Below, piece after piece: positions 59,214 to 64,000 of a stretch of DNA of 64,000 nucleotides (position 1 is its first letter; each line of letters begins with the position of its first letter). Source of the stretch: the human T2T-CHM13v2.0 reference genome, Homo sapiens. The stretch lies in assembly GCF_009914755.1 (NCBI RefSeq), contig NC_060948.1; one strand, 5' to 3'. The notes under the pieces were generated by a model. The model was not told the origin of the DNA and ran no database searches. It saw only the letters and a program-made list of their open reading frames with translations. Made by a program: the position numbers and the translations under genes.

Positions 59214-59676
59214 GTCCCCTACGTCGGTGCGCGGCGCGTCTAGCAGGATGCTGGGTGCTTGGAGAACCGCTGGCTCCGGGCGGGCGCAGGCAAGGTGGGG
59301 AGCGCGGCGAGCCGGCGAGACCCTGGCCGACGGGACCCGGGCGCCGCCTAGCGCGAACCCTTCCCGGCTGGTCGGCGCTCCTCGCAGGCGGTGTCCCGGT
59401 CCGGAGCGATCTGCGCGCTCGGCCCCGCGGCCGCGCCCTCCCCGAAGCCCTTGCTTTGTTCTGTGAGCGCCTCGTGTCAGCCAGGCGCAGTGAGCTCACG
59501 GGGGCGTCCCGGGTCCGCATCCTCCCAGGAGCTGGGGAGCCGCTCGCTGGGCGCGGACCCGCTGCCTGACGCTGCAAACTACACGGTTTCGGTCCCCCGC
59601 GCTCCTGCCTGCGGCGGGCGAGGAGGAGACGGCCCACCCTAAGGGGACCCCCTCCGCGGCCCTGAAGCCCCCACCC
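59214..59676 (-). promoter_or_regulatory. CpG-island-like 5' leader of the retrocopy
   Basis: About 60 CpGs in ~460 bp by hand count; the rest of the window is CpG-poor. Confidence 0.8.
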
Positions 59677-60217
59677 GCAACACAGAATTCTATGCAGCCA
59701 TAAAAAAAGGATGAGTTCATGTCCTTTGCAGGGACATAGACGACACTGGAAACCATCATTCTCAGCAAACTAAGGCAAGAACGGAAAACCAAACACCTCA
59801 TGTTCTCACTCATAAGTGGGAGTTGAACAATGAGAACACATAGACACACGGAGGAGAACATCACACACCAGGCACTGTTTGGGGGTGCGGGGGTAGGGGA
59901 GGGATAGCATTAGGAAAAATACCTAATGTAGATGACGGGTTGATGAGTGCAGCAAACCACCACGGCACATGAATACCTATGTAACAAACATGCACGTTCT
60001 GCACATCTACCCCAGAACTTAAAATATTTTTTAAAAATCTGTAAACAGAAGAGTCAGTCATCTAAAACTGATAAGTCTTCTTTCATTTCTAGAAGACATA
60101 CTATTTTTCTGTTGATATTTCATTTATTTTCTATTTTAATGTATGTGAGTCATTAACATAAAGGTTTGTAAACTGCTTAGAGCTCGTTCAAGAATGCATG
60201 TGAAATAATTGATGCAA

Positions 60218-60519
<302 letters not shown>

Positions 60520-61448
60520 CTAATAAAACTAGTAATTTTAACAGCAATTCTAAGGGGCATCCTGTTCTCAGGGCAGCACAATCCTCTGAGAACTCCCCAA
60601 ATGGTTTAGTGCACTCCACTCAGCAGAAGCACGGGTGAATCAGACACTCAACGAAAATGAAGCAATGGCTCAGCAGAGACCATCCACGTTTCTTCTCATT
60701 TCCTATGAAAAATACAAATTTGGAGCTTTAGATGGGTGGGTGGCTTCCCACCTAAAGAATGAACTCCTAAACCTTCTTTGCAGCTGTTTAGGATCAGGTG
60801 ACTGATTATGGCCAGCAGAAGATAAGAAGGGACATGTGTTCCTTTGGGTCCAATTACTTACTGGGCCCTTGCTTCCCCTCCCCTGTGGGCCACTGTGGAG
60901 GTGGGGCAGTTACTGGGACCCAGCCTGCAAACTTACATATGAGGGATGACAAAGCTGCCCTTGTACCACCAACCTGGTCTATTGGTGAGGGTGAAAAACT
61001 CTTTCAATTTAAGGTGTATCAGTCACATTTCAGTACAGGAAACAGATGCCATCTTAGACCATGTAGCAGAAAGTGACTTCAAACACAGAATGAGATGTTT
61101 CTAAAATCAGAGGAAAAGATAAAGTTCATGACTGAAGATCCAAAATTACTCTCCAAAATATTGGTCCTTAGAAGACCCAGGACAAGGATCACATCTGACA
61201 CACATGGTTTGGAGAACACCATGCACACAGTGCCTCCCATCCAAGCCCTGAAGCTAGAGAGCAGCAGCAGGAGCTTAGACCTCCCCAAGCATACCTGCCC
61301 ACAGAAAACACACAAGCAAAAAGATACTTCCTCCTCACTACCACCTTACAAGCTCTGTGAAAGTACGTTCAATGTTAAAGCAAATTCACATGGCTTTAAA
61401 GAGACTGTGAAAGATATCCGCAGGTCAGCTTTTTCTCTCTCTCTTTCT

Positions 61449-61708
61449 GTTTTTTTTTTTTTTTTTTTGAGATGGAGTCTCATTCTTCACCCAGGCTGGA
61501 GTGCAGTAGCGGGATCTCGAGTCACTGCAACCTTCTCCTCTGGAGTTCAAGTGATTCTTGTGCCTCGGCCTCCTGAGTAGCTGGGATTACAGGGGTGTAG
61601 CACCATGCCTGGCTAATTTTTGTACTTTTAGTAGAAATGGGGTTTCACCATGTTGCCCAGGCTGGTCTGGAAATCCTGACCTCAAGCAATCCACCTGCCT
61701 CAGCTTTT
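61449..61708 (-). mobile_element. Alu, truncated
   Basis: Reverse-complement Alu. Confidence 0.88.
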
Positions 61709-62777
61709 CTAAAGAAGAGCAGCTTCAGAAAGGGTGGACTAATGGTTGACCATACTAATTTACCGCACTGCAAGTGTTACTGTAGCTCAAACTGTGTATT
61801 AACTATTAACAGCGAAATTCATTTTCAACACAAGCTAGTTTACACAAAAAGAAATATTCTCTAATAACCTGATAATTATGAAACTTCTAGTAGAATGTCT
61901 GATATGTACTCAGATGATTCCAGGAATAGGGTGAGTTTGAGAATGTAAATATTACATTGTCATGGTAATTTTCAAAACATGAAATTTTCATACATCAAAC
62001 TACTTTTGATACATTAAAATTAAGAACAGGTTGGCAAGAAGCTCATTTCTATACACACATCAGCATTTACAGGAATGCATTTCATCTAGTATAGTCAACA
62101 TCAGATGACTGAATAAAGACACAATAAGGAGAATGTCATTTGAAGCTTTTCATGGTAACTTAAAAATCATTCTGAAGTTTTCAATAATATAGGAAAGCCT
62201 CTGCTGTGAGGTCGAGGGCAACAACTTGGTCGCATTACTTAAAGGTCATTAAAATACATCCTTAATCCTAACATGTGGTTCATTACAAATGAAGTTGCTT
62301 TATGTTCAATAAAACTAATTAAATGTAAGTGGTATTGTTTACTGCTACATGAAGCTTTTGAAATATGACATGAAATAAAGCATGTCATGATTTATTGAAT
62401 ATTGCTGTGGCCTTGTGGTCTTTAATAAATTTGCTTGAGCATAAAAGCCAGAAACATATTTCTCAGATGTCTATGGTTTCTGAAAACTGCGCCTCCAGAC
62501 AGCTATGAAGCAGAAACTGTACCTGGCATTACAGGATCTGCAGCACTATTATTACATGACTCTTACAAATTTTAATTCTCTGACCATATTAGGTGCTCTG
62601 ATAATCCAACAGAATTGATAAAGTTTCTTGGCTGCTTCCTCAGCTCTTCAAGATGGGCTCTCAGGTCTCTAAGTTTACTTAACCTGGCTCACACCACGGA
62701 CACAGTCTTAAGTGACACAACTGGGGATACACAAAATAGGCTCATGGCCTGATAAACCAAACAGGCTCATGACCTGG

Positions 62778-64000
62778 ACGGTCCATTTGACCCAGAGGCT
62801 GCGGGTAATTAGTGTATGGTTAATGTGGCATTTGTAAGCCAGGAACAAGGAGACATAAAGGGTAAACTTCAGAAGTTAGAATGTTTTGAAGGCATGAATA
62901 TTACCCAGCTTATCCTGTCCTGGTGGCTACTAAGGTGTTTGTAAATCAGGATGAGGAGGCCAGGAGCAAAGCTAAATGCAGAGCTAAGGAAAAGGCAGAC
63001 TGGCTGGAGACAGCCTTAGTTGGACAAGAAACGGGTTTTGTGAGAAGACATGGTCATGGTCAGAGTAGAGGACAAGCTAGGCAAAACCAAGAAGCTAAGC
63101 CAGGACAAGGGTGCCAACCTAAGCTTGAGAGAGATCAATGTTCAAGATGCACGCAGATGGGACACTGTAAGAACGAATGCCCAGAAAGAGAAAAGGAAAG
63201 AGGCAACAATCAGGGAAAAAACGGCTGGCCAGAACCCACCGCCACTGGTCAAGGGGTTCAGAAGTCAGACATGGATTTAATTGGACTGGCAGGAATCAAT
63301 GATTATTATGAGGACTGAGATAGACCAGGCTCCATTTCATTAGGCCCGGAGGAGCCTATGGTCTCAATGGAGGTAGGGGGCCAGAAAATGGACTTTATGG
63401 TTGATACTGGTGCAGAGCACTCAGTAGTAACTCAAGCAATTGGTTCACTGTCTAAAAATTATTTCAATATAATTGGAGCTACAGGAATAATAGAAAGAGG
63501 CCTTACTTCAAATCTAAAAGATGTGTGATTGGAGGACAGCAAGTCCAACATGATTTTTTATATTTGCCAAATTGTCTGGTCCTCTGTTAGGAAGATAATT
63601 GCTCCAGAAATTGCAAGCACAAATCTCCTTTACTTGAGAAGGGGAAATGACTCTAAACCTAGGTCAAAGAAGCCATGATAATGACCCTTACCATCCCCAC
63701 AACAGAGGAATGGAGACTCTATGAGAGGTGCAAAATTTGTAAAGATGCATTTTGCCAGCAGGAAAATGAGGCAATGTATAAGGAATTGTTTCTCAACCTG
63801 GCAGGGGTCTGGGTGGAGGACAGTCTCCCAGAGCTAGCCATAAATCAGGCCCCCGTAGTGGTGGAACTGCTGCGAGACACTTACCCAGTGCAAATTCGTC
63901 AGTATTCCATCCCAGTAAAAGCCACCCATGGGATTACAAAGCATATAGTCCGGCTCTTTAAATTTGGGATAATAGAAAGATGTGCCTCTCCTTGGAACAC
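62778..64000 (+). mobile_element. Class I (gammaretrovirus-like, HERV-E/ERV3/HERV15 group) ERV internal fragment: gag C-terminus, protease, start of RT; runs off the window
   Basis: Zinc knuckle CSRCTQMGHCKNEC; protease DTGAEHSV at 63403; RT N-terminal IRQYSIP...SPWN. Confidence 0.88.

Noticed and set aside
59063-59642. Plus-strand ORFs antisense to CD24 (168, 105 and 83 aa)
   Set aside because: Non-ATG starts in very GC-rich sequence where stop codons are rare; no recognisable domain
59324-59676. 5' inversion (twin priming) as the origin of the extra leader
   Set aside because: The segment does not match any other part of the retrocopy in reverse orientation; a longer transcript is simpler, pending alignment to the parent locus
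61095-61580. 161-aa plus-strand ORF
   Set aside because: No recognisable domain and runs into an Alu; within chance expectation

Overview
Primate (human-type) genomic DNA that is mostly interspersed repeats: about 50 Alus, several L1s, ERV1/ERVK/ERVL-MaLR LTRs, a 5'-truncated HERV-H provirus, a class I ERV gag-pro-pol fragment at the right edge, and Tigger2 DNA transposons. The only gene-like object is a full-length processed CD24 retrocopy (57132-59676, minus strand) inserted into an L1 3' UTR. It has a poly(A) tail, a perfect 15-bp target-site duplication, an intact 80-aa ORF and a roughly 460-bp CpG-dense leader. From prior knowledge this best fits the known Y-linked copy CD24P4/CD24L4 (Yq11, TTTY14 region); that placement is inferred, not verified. 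I found no convincing new biological system. The best leads are (1) the ORF-intact retrocopy with a CpG island and an overlapping uORF and (2) several short, non-tandem, locally templated insertions and microhomology deletions inside old repeats. Repeat boundaries and subfamily calls were made by eye from remembered consensus sequences and are approximate.
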